The translations under genes and the position numbers were made by a program. 64,000 nt of DNA from Octopus bimaculoides (lineage: Eukaryota), in NCBI RefSeq assembly GCF_001194135.2, contig NC_068982.1, positions 185,258,825-185,322,824 of the forward strand. The letters run 5' to 3'. The notes below the pieces were generated by a model. The model was not told where the DNA came from. It was given only the letters and a program-made list of their open reading frames with translations, and ran no database searches. Positions 14,001 to 25,531 of the stretch are shown piece by piece (positions within the stretch are counted from its first letter, which is position 1; each line of letters begins with the position of its first letter).

Positions 14001-14462
14001 CAAGCAACGTGACAAGGTAGAAATGACGTAAACACCAGCCCCATTAAGATTATTTACAACCGAAGTGGATTCAAAATATAACCTCCACTCATGGATTGCA
14101 TCAGTTACGCTCGTACTTCAGAATTAGTATTGGAGAGAGGAAGTGCGAAAAACGCTGGAAGTACTTTTCTCTTCCTTGAAAATCATCAATATTAACGTGT
14201 ACTTATTTCACAGCTTCACAAAAACCCATCTCCATACAGTGAATGTACAGATTTTAGTTTTGAAATTGAAACACTTCAAAAGTAAAATATATTTTCTACG
14301 TAAATGCGCAGACTTTCTTTCTGTTTGTAAATTCAAACGTACTTAATATATTATTCCCGACCATCTATCTGGCTGTAAGCAAGGTTATCAAGTTATAAAA
14401 TCTCAACTTATTGTATACAAACAATAGTGTGTACAAACGTATGTGAATGGAAAATTTTCGTA

Positions 14463-14468
14463 TTTATT
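14463..14468 (-). terminator. Candidate polyadenylation signal (AATAAA) for TMEM165
   Basis: TTTATT on the + strand about 430 nt downstream of the stop codon, within an AT-rich 3' region. Confidence 0.4.
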
Positions 14469-14899
14469 ATGCGTATATATTGGTGTACTGCTATTTTTGA
14501 ATAGATATATTAATGTGTATGCACTGTAATTCTCTGGTTATTATTTGTGGTCCCACATTCTTCACATTATTCTGATGATAAAAAAAATCTCGAAATGGTA
14601 TTGAGAGGTAATGGGTTATATGTAGTTACACTTGTTTCTTGTTAGTTTTCTTTATGTCTATAATTTTATAGATCTTTGATATGGAATATATTGGACATAA
14701 GTTTCATATGAAGAAACATTTTTTATAAATGATTTTGCTAAAAACAAACAAACAAACAAACAAAAGGAACATGACTAATAATGGCTAGTGATAATAAGGG
14801 TCAGTGAAATGTAATAGATGGTGTGAACCACACACACACACATACATACATACAAATATATACATAAATATACAGTGATATATCAATAACTATATATTA

Positions 14900-15808
14900 T
14901 CACTCGGGACCTATAACCAAAGCAGAAAGGGCAAACATGATAAATACAACCCCTCCAACCAATGTGACAGTTCTTGTAGAAATCCTCTGTGCTATTATCC
15001 GGCCGCCAACCACAGCTAGTCCGGTACAAAGAGAGTGTCCTAAGACACCACCAATTATAACACCGTAAATATCCTCACGAGCCGCCAAAATAATCGTCGT
15101 CACCTGGGATCGATCCCCCCACTCAGCCAGAAAAGTCAGAGTCAAGGCTTGCAGAAATATTGTAGATATTAATCCGGTCAGCCATCGCCGGCCGGGAGTT
15201 CGAATTATGCCAGTCTCTACGTCCTGAGAGTAGCTGGCTTTCTGCATTTCATCCTCTCTCTTCTTCAGATCAGCTTGCACTTCTTCGTACTCCTCCTGGC
15301 CGTCGTCCGCAGACATTTCGTAACCGTCCTTCAGCATCTTCAGTCCGAATATAGCGAAGAGTAATGAAGAGATATAGAAGGTATATTTCCGAGGGATAAT
15401 TGTAGTTGCAAAACCGAGAATAGCAGATAAAACAGTCATAAGTGCCAAAGCTGCCATAGCTCCCAAAAACACTGTCACCCGGGAATGTCGCATGGCCATT
15501 ATAGCCGCAATGAAGAAGGTTTTATCTCCCAATTCGGACACTATAATGACCGATAGAGAAGCAATAAAGGCATGAATAAAGCCTAAATTAGTTGATCCTA
15601 TCGCTTCGGTCTCTTTCTGTGTTCCATAGGGGCCTGTTTTGTCAACAGTGTGTGACACCCCCAGTTTGTGTTTGTTCGAGCCCAGTGGTCCTGCATCGTT
15701 CTTAATTCCTGGTTCTAATGGAATCGACTCTGCGTTAGATATGGCAACGAGCAAAGAGAGACCGAATGTAGATATCAAACACCATCTCAGCACCCACGAA
15801 ACTGTCAT
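14900..15808 (-). CDS. TMEM165: TMEM165/GDT1 (UPF0016) family Golgi Ca2+/Mn2+ antiporter, 302 aa, CDS without introns
   Basis: Uninterrupted ORF with an N-terminal hydrophobic signal-like segment, two UPF0016 E-x-G-D-[KR]-[ST] motifs (SELGDKTFF, AEWGDRSQ), two hydrophobic halves and an acidic central loop (DDGQEEYEEVQADL). Confidence 0.97.
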   Translation of the reverse strand: MTVSWVLRWCLISTFGLSLLVAISNAESIPLEPGIKNDAGPLGSNKHKLGVSHTVDKTGPYGTQKETEAIGSTNLGFIHAFIASLSVIIVSELGDKTFFIAAIMAMRHSRVTVFLGAMAALALMTVLSAILGFATTIIPRKYTFYISSLLFAIFGLKMLKDGYEMSADDGQEEYEEVQADLKKREDEMQKASYSQDVETGIIRTPGRRWLTGLISTIFLQALTLTFLAEWGDRSQVTTIILAAREDIYGVIIGGVLGHSLCTGLAVVGGRIIAQRISTRTVTLVGGVVFIMFALSALVIGPE

Positions 15809-15854
15809 AGCACGTTCTTTCGCCAGCGTTATTTCTGTAGACAGACACTTAAAT

Positions 15855-15938
15855 CTGTTTTAGGAATAAAGAAGAGAAAGTGAATCAGAAGCGACAGTTA
15901 TCAACTACGTCTGTCTCGAATTATGTCGACAGACTTAC
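15855..15938 (-). other. Putative short 5'-UTR intron of TMEM165 (84 nt; alternative acceptor at 15835 gives 104 nt)
   Basis: Minus strand reads TTCCG|GTAAGT (GT at 15938-15937), then a pyrimidine tract TTCACTTTCTCTTCTTTATTCCTAAAACAG| (AG at 15856-15855). A second AG (TGTCTACAG) lies at 15836-15835, 26 nt before the ATG. Confidence 0.55.
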
Positions 15939-15945
15939 CGGAAGT
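15937..15945 (+). promoter_or_regulatory. ETS/GABP-type motif ACCGGAAGT in the CpG-rich TMEM165 promoter region
   Basis: Exact ACCGGAAGT about 130 nt upstream of the ATG. A TGACGTG (CRE/UPRE-like) site is also present at 16360-16366. Confidence 0.45.
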
Positions 15946-16747
15946 TGACTTCATCTAATATAGAGCCAGCAGTTTTATTTTACGTATCGAAATAAACATT
16001 TCGTTGAGTAATATCATTACTTTTTAAAACTTAGTATATAGTGATAATGATAAAGAGATAATCATATTAATAATATAAAATAATATTAATGATAATCAAA
16101 TATTTATACTAAATACTAGACCATAAAGCAACTACAAATATTACGGAATTCATTTCTAGCTCTGTGTATAAAAACCAGCAATAAATAATGACGATAACTA
16201 GAAGAATGGTAATAATTAACTGAATTAGTTAAATTACTTCTAGAATACCCTGAACCAATGTAGAGCAGTCATGAATAAAAGATAGCAGCTTTCTCTGCGG
16301 ATAAAGTAATATACATAGACCGAAAGAAGAAAGGTGAACAAATGTCAGACAGAAAGGTGTGACGTGTCTATTCATGTGCGTACACATGTTTAGCGCCGCC
16401 AGCCCAATACAGATCGTGTAAAGCTATTACCAAATGTTTTCCAGACAAGACTATCTCATTTTTTTTTTTTATTATTCTTAGTTTAGTGTGCTCCATGCAA
16501 CATTATCCAATATGTCCTTTTTCAAGACGGCAGGGCGTGAGCTGAAGAAAATTTTGCTGTTATTTCTAGCAGGTCTATCGACCACGTACAGGTTTTTTTT
16601 TTTTTTTGTAACGTGTAAGTTATACATTACGGAAGGTTGCTGTAGTCGTTCCCAAGTCAATCTTATTCACCAGACATGATCAAAGATATTCCGGTCATGA
16701 CCATCTCGTCTTTTTTTTTTTTTGTCAAGGGCCAATTTGATAAATTA

Positions 16748-16995
16748 TCTTTTGTATCTTTTACTTATTTCAGTCACTGGACTACAGCCATGATGGGGCA
16801 CCATTTTAAAGAATTTTTAGTCCATTGAAAACATTTTAAAATCCTGGTACTAATTCTATCGATCTCTTGGGCTGAACTGCTAAGTTACGGGGACGTAAAC
16901 ACCAATACCAGGTGTAAAGCGGTGGTGGGGTATAAAAACACACGCACACGACAGGCTTCTTTCGGTTTCAGTCAACCACATCCATTCACGTGTAA
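16748..16995 (-). mobile_element. SINE family A, 3' half
   Basis: TCTTTTACTTATTTCAGTCA..GCCATGATGGGGCACC..CTAAGTTACGGGGACGTAAAC: reverse complement of the tail seen at 19200-19366. Confidence 0.75.
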
Positions 16996-17514
16996 GGGTT
17001 GTTTAGATGTACATGCTGTAATGCAATACATATACAAATTGTGATGCAATACATGTACAGGTGGTTGTGCTATAAAGCGTACATGGTTCTGTGATCTGAT
17101 GCATGTACATGTTGCTGTGATGTATCAGCTGCAAAGCTGCAAGAGAACTTAAGGTTGAACATTGGAGAGCTATTTCACTGCTTAACCTGTGAGAGTAGCA
17201 GTCAAATCTATCTATAACTTTCACTTTCTTATATAAGGCAAGGAAATCTTACATGCTTGTATTCCTACAAACTGCTAAAAGAAGACTGGATGATCATGCT
17301 TGGAATGCTGCTGATCATAAGTCTGCTTGGTCAGAGTTGAACTGAGGTTAAAACAACAGCTTAAGGTTGATCACTTAAAATACGGATACAGAATAAAAGG
17401 GATTCTTTAGATCTACTGATCAGTCTTCAGGTGACATCTCTGAGTTAAGTCACAGATTCAATCTGTGTCCTTTATTTAATAATATAAATAATATATATAT
17501 ATATATATATATAT

Positions 17515-17953
17515 AGACCAAGACCTTTGGAAATGTGCTGTGCGTGAGAAGACCCGGCAAGCCAAGTGAGATCGTTGCCAGGGCCCCTGGACTGGCTCTT
17601 GTGCGGGTGGCACATGAGATGCACCATTTTGAGCGTGGCTGTTGCCAGTACCGCCTGACTGGCTCCCGTAGGATTTTCGAGCGAGATCGTTGCCAGTGCC
17701 CCTGGACTGGCTCTTGTGCGGGTGGCACATAAAAGACACCATTTCGAGCGTGGCCGTTTTCATGCGGGTGACACGTAAAAGCACCTACTACACTCTCTGA
17801 GTGGTTGGCGTTAGGAAGGGCATCCAGCTGTAGAAACTCTGCCAAATTTAGATTGGAGCCTGGTGTTGCCATCCGGTTTCATCAGTCCTCAGTCAAGTCG
17901 TCCAACCCATGCTAGCATGGAAAGCGGACGTTAAACGATGATGATGATGATGA
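17515..17953 (+). mobile_element. 5'-truncated young RTE LINE copy (ORF end plus 3' UTR, (GAT)n tail)
   Basis: Begins GACCTTTGGAAATGTGCTGTGCGTGAGAAGACCCGG, contains a duplicated UTR module, retains its CpGs, and is inserted next to a (TA)n tract. Confidence 0.85.
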
Positions 17954-18009
17954 TATATATACACACATACATGTACATGCCTACATGTATATGTATATAT
18001 GCATACATA

Positions 18010-18520
18010 TATAGGTACAGGACGTCAAAAAAACGTGAACAAAATGCGAAATGAGAACATAAAAAACAAGAGCATGGAAGACGAACTTTTTTTCGAACAA
18101 TGAAAGAAACAAATAGAGAAACGAGACAGGCAACATAGAGAACATTCCCTTCCTCAGTTGTCCCGTTTTATCTAATCCATGTTTCGAAGGTAGGGACAAG
18201 ACGCGACTTCGTTAAAACAGTCTTTTCCGCAAAGCAAATTAAATAAAATTTGGGATTTTTTGCGGAGGGTTAAAGTGGTAACAAAAACAGGACAGTAAGA
18301 ACAAAACAGTAAAAACAAATGGTGAGGGCTGTTAAGCCATAATGAGGTGAAGTGGTGAATGATGGAAAAATGAGCTTTGAGAAGAGGCAGGCAAAAGCAC
18401 GTCTTGTCTTTAGGAAGGAAGTGGAAGAAAGAAAGATAGCCGTTGGTCACATGTGAGCAACGAGAGAGTCAAGGAGGAAATGTGAGAGAGGGAATGGTGA
18501 AGGGGAGAGAAGAAGAATTA
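18010..18520. mobile_element. Unclassified interspersed repeat, possibly a Penelope-like terminal region
   Basis: CpG-retaining, purine-skewed block unlike its flanks. The assignment rests only on recalled similarity to Penelope-type repeats, not on an ORF. Confidence 0.3.
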
Positions 18521-18633
18521 AAGAAAAGGTGGAAGAGAAAAACAAAGGAAGTATCCTTTATTTAATAACTGGGTTTGCTATTCTAACAACTGGCCAAAGC
18601 AGAGCAGTACTGCAATTAAAAAAGAAAGACTTC

Positions 18634-18819
18634 AGGTGCAGGCATGGCTGTGTGGTAAGAAGTTTGCTTCCCATCCACATGGTTCAGGGTTCAGTCTCAC
18701 TGTGTAGTACCTTGAGTAAGTGTCTTCTACTATGGCCCTAGGCCAACCAAAGTCTTTTGAGTGGAGTTGGTAGATGGAAATATAAAGTAGCCTGGTGTGT
18801 GTGTGTGTATGTATGTGTG

Positions 18820-18852
<33 letters not shown>

Positions 18853-19098
18853 TTGTCTCCTGCCACTGCTTGACAATCGGTGTTAGTTTGTTTACATACC
18901 TGTAGCTAAGTAGCTTGGTAAAAGAGACTGATAGAATAAGTGCCAGGTTAAAAAAAAAAACAGGTTAATTTTTGGGGGGGCTAAAATACTTTAAGGTGGT
19001 GCCCCAGCATGGCATCTTGGGCAAGTGTCTTCTACTATAGCCTCAGGCCAACCAAAGCCTTGAGTGGATTTGGTAGACGGAAACTGAAAGAAGCCCGT

Positions 19099-19163
<65 letters not shown>

Positions 19164-19366
19164 TTGTGTGTCTGTGTTTGTCCCCCTAGCATTGCTTGAC
19201 AACTGATGCTGGTGTGTTTATGTCCCTGTCACTTAGCGGGTCGGCAAAAAGAGACCGATAGAATAAGTACTAGGCTTACAAAGAATAAGTCTCAGGGTCG
19301 ACTTGCTTGACTAAAGGCGTTGCTCCAGCATGGCCGCAGTCAAATGACTGAAACAAGTAAAAGAGT
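18634..19366 (+). mobile_element. Head-to-tail dimer of tRNA-derived SINE family A (CORE-like motif, central microsatellite)
   Basis: A-box-like TGGCTGTGTGG (18645), B-box-like GGTTCAGTCTC (18688), ACCTTGAGTAAGT/TCTTGGGCAAGT CORE-like motif, (TA)n(TG)n spacer, and tail GACTGAAACAAGTAAAAGAG. The second unit lacks the tRNA head. Confidence 0.85.
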
Positions 19367-21869
19367 AACAATGATGCGTTCAACAGAAATGATGGCAACA
19401 AAGGAATCGGTCTAGTGGTTAAGTACTTATAACTGTTGTAAACTCATCTCAGAAAAATGCAGACAAACTGTAAAACTAATTGAAGGCTTTCTTCTTTGCT
19501 TAGCTTGTTAGGAAGTCTATTGGTATGTAAGGAACATTTTAAAAATAAATTCTGGTGTGTGAACAACACACGACCAGAACCCAGAAGATCACTATAAATG
19601 CTAAGCTTTCTCGTCCTTCTTCCAGCAAATGAACATTCTCAATATGACTGGAACAAAAATACTTCAACTGGCAACAGCTACCAATTTTTTACAAAGCTCA
19701 AATAAGGCCCATAATGGGGCACCGATACCACTTTTGGGACAGTGCTGTTGCTCCATGCACAAAGATTTTAAGCTGCATCCAAAGAAAGGTGACTTGACCT
19801 GCCAAACTCTGGTCCACAGATGTACTGTTTCCTCTCTCACTGCCCTCCTCCTTCTACAAGAGCCACTATTTGAAGCTGGATAATCTCGTGTCACATCTAC
19901 TCAGGTGCCCTCAGTCACTTGTCTCTCCTCCTCTCATAACCCATATGGTCTCTGCCATGTTCAGGCCCTGCACTAACCAATATATTCAATCTTTCCTTTC
20001 CCAAGCATTGACCATCTTTGCAGATGTTTTTCCTGCAGCCATCGACTTGCAACCAATTACACCAGTCTCAGAAATCCGGCAAAAGCCATACTAGACTAAA
20101 AGTAAATAAATGGCAAAATGTATAACTGGAAACGTCTCATTTCTTCTACTAGTTTAAGTACAAGCCAACCTGGAATATTCTGTTTAGTTACTTTACCTGA
20201 AGAAACAGCACCCAATTCTCACTTAAATCACACTCTATGTTTAGAAAAGGAAAGTAAACATCAAATCATTAGTTTGTGACACCTCTGAATCGACTGGAAG
20301 GTCATGGATGAATTACCTTTAATCGTCAGTTTGCTTGATCAGGATTGACCTGGAGCTAAACAACTAATATTGGCTTTCACTCAAGACAAATGTTCTATAT
20401 TTTAAACAAAGACAAGATGTTTACACCTTTCATAGAGGAATTAATTGTGTTGTAAGTGACTTTTGTTTTGAATATTTTGACTCCAGGGTACAGTTGACCT
20501 TTTGGGAAATTAACTCCTTGTTCTAAGGTTTATAACACTTTACATCAGACAATATAAAAACAGTTCAAAATCTGCTAATCTTCACCATCTCACTTCTCCC
20601 TCAATGCATGAAATATGCTGTAGTTTAGTTCCAGGCCAGCTGAATGAAGCAGATATACAATGAAAGGGCTTTCCAGCCATGACCATGCCAGTGTATTTAG
20701 AATCATATCCAATTTTCCTTTTTTTTTTTCTTCTTTTAAAATGGTAGAATGGAATGAAGGAGGTTTGGCTGCTATCTCAAGCAGATTGACACATCTTCAT
20801 TGACTTGTTCAGGATGAAGGGGAAGAATGATGCGAAAATGAAGAAAGTGTCACCTCTTGACCTCTGAAGCAAGTCATGATGTAGATTTTTACACACAAAT
20901 GAAGTTTTAGGAGAGAGCAAATTTTCGTTTAATTTCATATCAATTCTGTGTAAAGGGAGATAATTCATGTTTATAGACGAAATTCACGACTTGTATAACC
21001 TTAAATCAGATATGTTACCACCTACTTTACAATCACACATAACTTTACAGTTTTGATTAGTAAAAGAGAGGAAGTTGTCTTCAGATCAAAGACCTGACCT
21101 AAATGTTTGCAACAGATTAGACTCTGCTAAAGGTACACAGGGACATTGAAGGCCTGTTGGTGAAATTTATTTAAGTTAGAGTTTATACAACTGAATCTAA
21201 GATATAATCAGATATGTACTGATATAGTTTAAACATGGTGGCATACATCTGAATTATCTATGGACAGATGAACAATTGAAAAACTAGCACCATAATGATG
21301 TGTGTAATGTAACAAGGAGAGATATACTAGAGGACTTTGCACCTGTCGAGAGGGAGAGAGAGAAAAAGAGACAATGGTTGAATGAACATGATAGGTTTTG
21401 TTGGTTAAAACTTACTTCAGAGCCCATATCTAAAATATACAATGACCTTGAATTTTTCTTATCTAATCAACCACACAGAAAATATATATAAAAAAAAAAA
21501 GACATTTGCACACTTCTATGTTTGTGTGCCTTCATTATTCAGTAGTATTAATTATTAGAAATATCTCATAAATAAATAAAACTCATATAAAAAGATGGAA
21601 AGGTTTATAGGAAGAAAATCAGTATCTACAGCGGTCAGATTACAAATATATATATATATATATATTGTTAATGAGGACAACAAACGTTATGGCAAGACAA
21701 ACATCTCAAGTCATATACATTATTATTTCTGCTATATCGAATATCTACAATGGCTCCATAACTACTATCTTGGCTATAACCTTGGAGCCCTGGTAATCCG
21801 TTACAGCACTTACCTAGTCATTTAGATCACCTGTGAATTAAACCTCCATGCTGTGTGTGTGTGTATGTG

Positions 21870-21938
<69 letters not shown>

Positions 21939-22074
21939 GCATACATACATCCCCATTGTTTAAAAGCATGAAGATGATAATTCCACTCTACTACTACTTA
22001 TATATATATTTGGATGGCCACAGCTCTGAGCTGAAACTAGAAAAAAAATATACACATACACACATATATATAGT

Positions 22075-22480
22075 GATAGGTACAATGATGAATTTAGGGT
22101 ACAGGTAAGAGTTCACCAGGGTTCAGTTCTCAGTCCCCTCCTACTCATCATTGTCCTCCAGGTTATAACAGAGGTATTTAAGACTGGTGCTGATGATCTC
22201 ATCCTCATAGCAGGTCTAATACAATTAGAAAAGGAATTCCAGGTGTGGAAGCAAAACCTGGAATTAAAGTTAATTAAGCAAAGACCAAAGTTCTAGTAAG
22301 CAGAACAGACATGACTCCACTCCCTTCAGGTAAATTGTCCTACTTGATATGTAGAAAAGGGGTAGACAGGAATTTCATATAGTGTATGAAACAAGCTATG
22401 GACACACTAGGTGCAGTGGAATCTCAAGAAGGTTAACAGGGAAAGTAGTGTTTGTATGCAGGAGCAATAAGCACTAATGA
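22075..22480 (+). mobile_element. RTE LINE reverse transcriptase fragment (decayed)
   Basis: Encodes EFRVQVRVHQGSVLSPLLLIIVLQVITEVFKTG..ADDLILIA. Confidence 0.75.
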
Positions 22481-24989
22481 CACATGGGAAACCGATTTTC
22501 TTGAATGCTCTAGAGCAGGCCTGGCCAACTCGAATTACACTGCAGGTCACTTTAATCACAAAGTTTTTTGAGGGCTGCTTGCATACTTTATGCACTAATA
22601 AGTCAAACAATCAAATTACAGAATCAAGAATTTTTCATTCGTTTCGTTTGTTTAAAATTATAAAAATGTAGGCTATTGATTTATTGCCACTTATAAATTT
22701 TTAATTTATTTTGAAACAAATATGTTACACAAAGAATTTTGTTTTGAAATTAAACACAATACTTCAAGAAAGTATCAAGCAGACAAAAGTCTGTTCAAAC
22801 TCAGAGTTAACCAATAATAGCACTATTACTCTAATCACTCCATACATCTAATGAAATTTCTGTCCACACTGCTTCCATCAGCTTGCTATAGGATTTGTTG
22901 TGATATGGGTGATAAGATCAAAAATATTTACTGCAGTATAATAATATTAGTGCTTATTGTATTGACCAGCTATCCTCAACAGGATTTGAACTTAAAACCA
23001 AACCAAGGATTAATATTTAAATGCAAAACAACAATTCTAGTGTCCTGGTCATTGCAAGAACTTATTTTCAATCAACAATAATGTATTTTTTTGATCCTTG
23101 TTTCATCTTGTACTGCCTGTAATAATGGCATGGTCAAACTCCATAGAAGAATATGTACAATTGATTTCCTTATGGCTTAGTTATAAGAAGCACAGTGCCT
23201 ATGATTCTTTTCAGGGCTTCTGAGCTTGGTAGGGTAATGGCCTGATTGCTTGCAAGAGAGTGAATTCTAATATAACCACCCAAGGTTGACCAGATAGATT
23301 AGAATTATTACCAACTAACCAGGTGGTGTTAAACCAGCCAATGGATAGTGAAATGCTCTTAGCATTTCCTTGGCACCAGTATTATTATTATTATTATTTA
23401 TCCACAAAGACAACTCTATTATTACTACTGCTGTTTCACCCCCATGTAATCTGTGACTGAGCAGATCTATGATCAAAGGCAATCCAGCTGAGACCATGCT
23501 TATCTTTTTAAAGGCATGTAAGGACTATTATTATAACCATTAGATTCTAATGTGCCTTATCCTCATTGAAGATGGTTGAGTGTGATTTGTGGGAGATTTG
23601 GATTTCTGTCAAATGACGTGACAATATTAAGGCTCCCTCAGTAAAATGGTAATTATACTGCAACTAGTTTTGAATTCCGAAAATAGCCAGATTCCTTCAT
23701 GTATGTTGTTGATGCCCTTTAGTAATGTATAAATGACTCAAGCCCTTTGTAAATCAGAGACTTTGGTGAGACTGTGGTCTATTAAATCAACTCTAACATA
23801 CTACTGGTACAGGTGAATTTGGATAATGGGTAACACACAATTTGAATGTAGAAATGGAAGGTACAAAACTGTCAAATATCTAATCCTGCAATCACTGTTT
23901 GTTATAAACAACACAAATATTTATTTCTAAGAGACAAAATAAACATGATTGTAATGAATAAATATACTTTATAAAGTGAATAGATGATATGTACACATAA
24001 GAACTACATGACTGCTGCAAACATAATTTTAAATTCCTTGAAGTAATCACAATGACTGATATTCTACAACTAGTTGGTTATATATATATATATGATGACT
24101 TGAAATATTGAGAATTCCTCCTTATAGCATATGAGATGAAAAACTAAACTACTTTACCAATAAAAACAATTTTGACCCCCTTTGTTGGAAATTATTTTCA
24201 ATTATTGTAGAACTTTTGAATAATTGTAGTAATATTTCTTGAGTGGAAAGCTATAGATATGTTTCATATATGCTAGAAAAATATCCTTGTTAAAAGATGA
24301 GAAAAGCTTTAATCCTAAAAATGGCACAACATAACAATAAACCTGTTCAAGTGACCAGGGCAGTTGAGTGTATGAAAGGCAGTACAGTAGACCAGCTACT
24401 CTGGAATCATCGAGCTATGGCAATCAACAGAGGTACTGGAGCCAAGAAGTGTTGATAAATTTTGGGGACCTCAAAGTTGGTAACGGTTGTGAAGAGGTTG
24501 GTGAGGAGAGAAAGCGGGAGAGACTAGACTAAGAAACTAAATAGATCTCAGCTGTGAGCCAGTTTAATTAATGCTAAATGGACTTCTGAATCACCTTAAT
24601 TAGTATGTATTGATCGTTCTGCGCAACACATTAGCCCATCCACAACTATCATGTTTCTTGGTTTCTTTGAAAGTTTTTGCATGCTAAATTACTAGCCTGT
24701 TGTTCAAATTCCAATATCACCATGCTGGGAGTTCACGACGAGAGGGAAATACCAATTTTAGTATTACACTAGTAATTTATTTATTTTAACAAGGACGGAT
24801 GAAAGGCGAAGTTGACCTCGTTGGGATTCGAACAATAATTACCACAACGCGTTTGACCGGTGCTCTAGCGATTCCTATGGTCGAGATGGACAATTTCTAG
24901 TTGTTGCTTTGGTAGATGCCCACAATATTATACATTATCGTTCTAACAATTCTGGCCACCTTTTTCAATTAGATAACTCGTTCACCTGT

Positions 24990-25330
24990 AAACATGTTTA
25001 TAAAATCAAAAATCAGTGCAACACCTATGACTTTCAGAAACATTTTTTTCGTACTTAGAACTGTCGGAACATGGAATAAACTACCGGCGTCGGCTATTAG
25101 CTGTCGGGACTATTTATCCTTTGAAAATTCCTAGTTTCTTGAAACTCGCCAACACTACTTTCGATTTGCTTATATATCCATTCATTTTTTGTGACTCTTC
25201 GGTTTTTTCGTTTTGTCCTGTGTATTACGCGTCCACTTTCGACTTTCATTGTTGTCTTCCTTTACATAACCTATGCTTTCTGTTTACCCTTTTGCGACGA
25301 ATTATAGTGTACTTTCAGCACTATACACAT
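24990..25330 (+). mobile_element. CR1-group LINE ORF C-terminus and 3' UTR
   Basis: Frameshifted ..KHFF/VLRTVGTWNKLPASAISC..SF matches the CR1/L2 C-terminal pattern RKHFFSxRVVxxWNxLP. Confidence 0.65.
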
Positions 25331-25501
25331 TAAGCTCATTAATATTTTGCACATGCTCTTTTTTACATGCTGAATTCTGCTCCAGTTTGCAAAGTCAGAC
25401 ATACATACCTACACACATCTCTTTCATAGGTCGCACAAATTATGAAGGGGAAATAAAAACGAGGCATAGTCAAGAAAACAGATCTATCTGTTCCATCTTA
25501 C

Positions 25502-25531
25502 CTTGGAATTTAATAGCCTCACAGAAATCAT
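25502..25531 (-). other. Candidate first exon end (ATG..MISVRLLNSK) with strong donor, gene unidentified
   Basis: Minus strand GACAATGATTTCTGTGAGGCTATTAAATTCCAAG|GTAAGA, located in a CpG-rich patch. No matching downstream exon was recognised. Confidence 0.3.

Noticed and set aside
18181-18216. Possible hammerhead ribozyme core on the minus strand (TTAACGA-AG...CCTT-CGAAAC)
   Set aside because: The core deviates from CUGANGA at two positions including the essential G5, and stems I and III could not be built convincingly. At best it is a dead relic.
18634-18700. tRNA gene
   Set aside because: A/B-box-like motifs belong to SINE heads that continue into SINE bodies. No complete cloverleaf or terminator is present.
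19600-20100. GC-balanced unique-looking stretch with several 70-85 aa ORFs
   Set aside because: The minus-strand frames I translated contain multiple stops, and no listed ORF shows a recognisable domain or a consistent splice-site pair.
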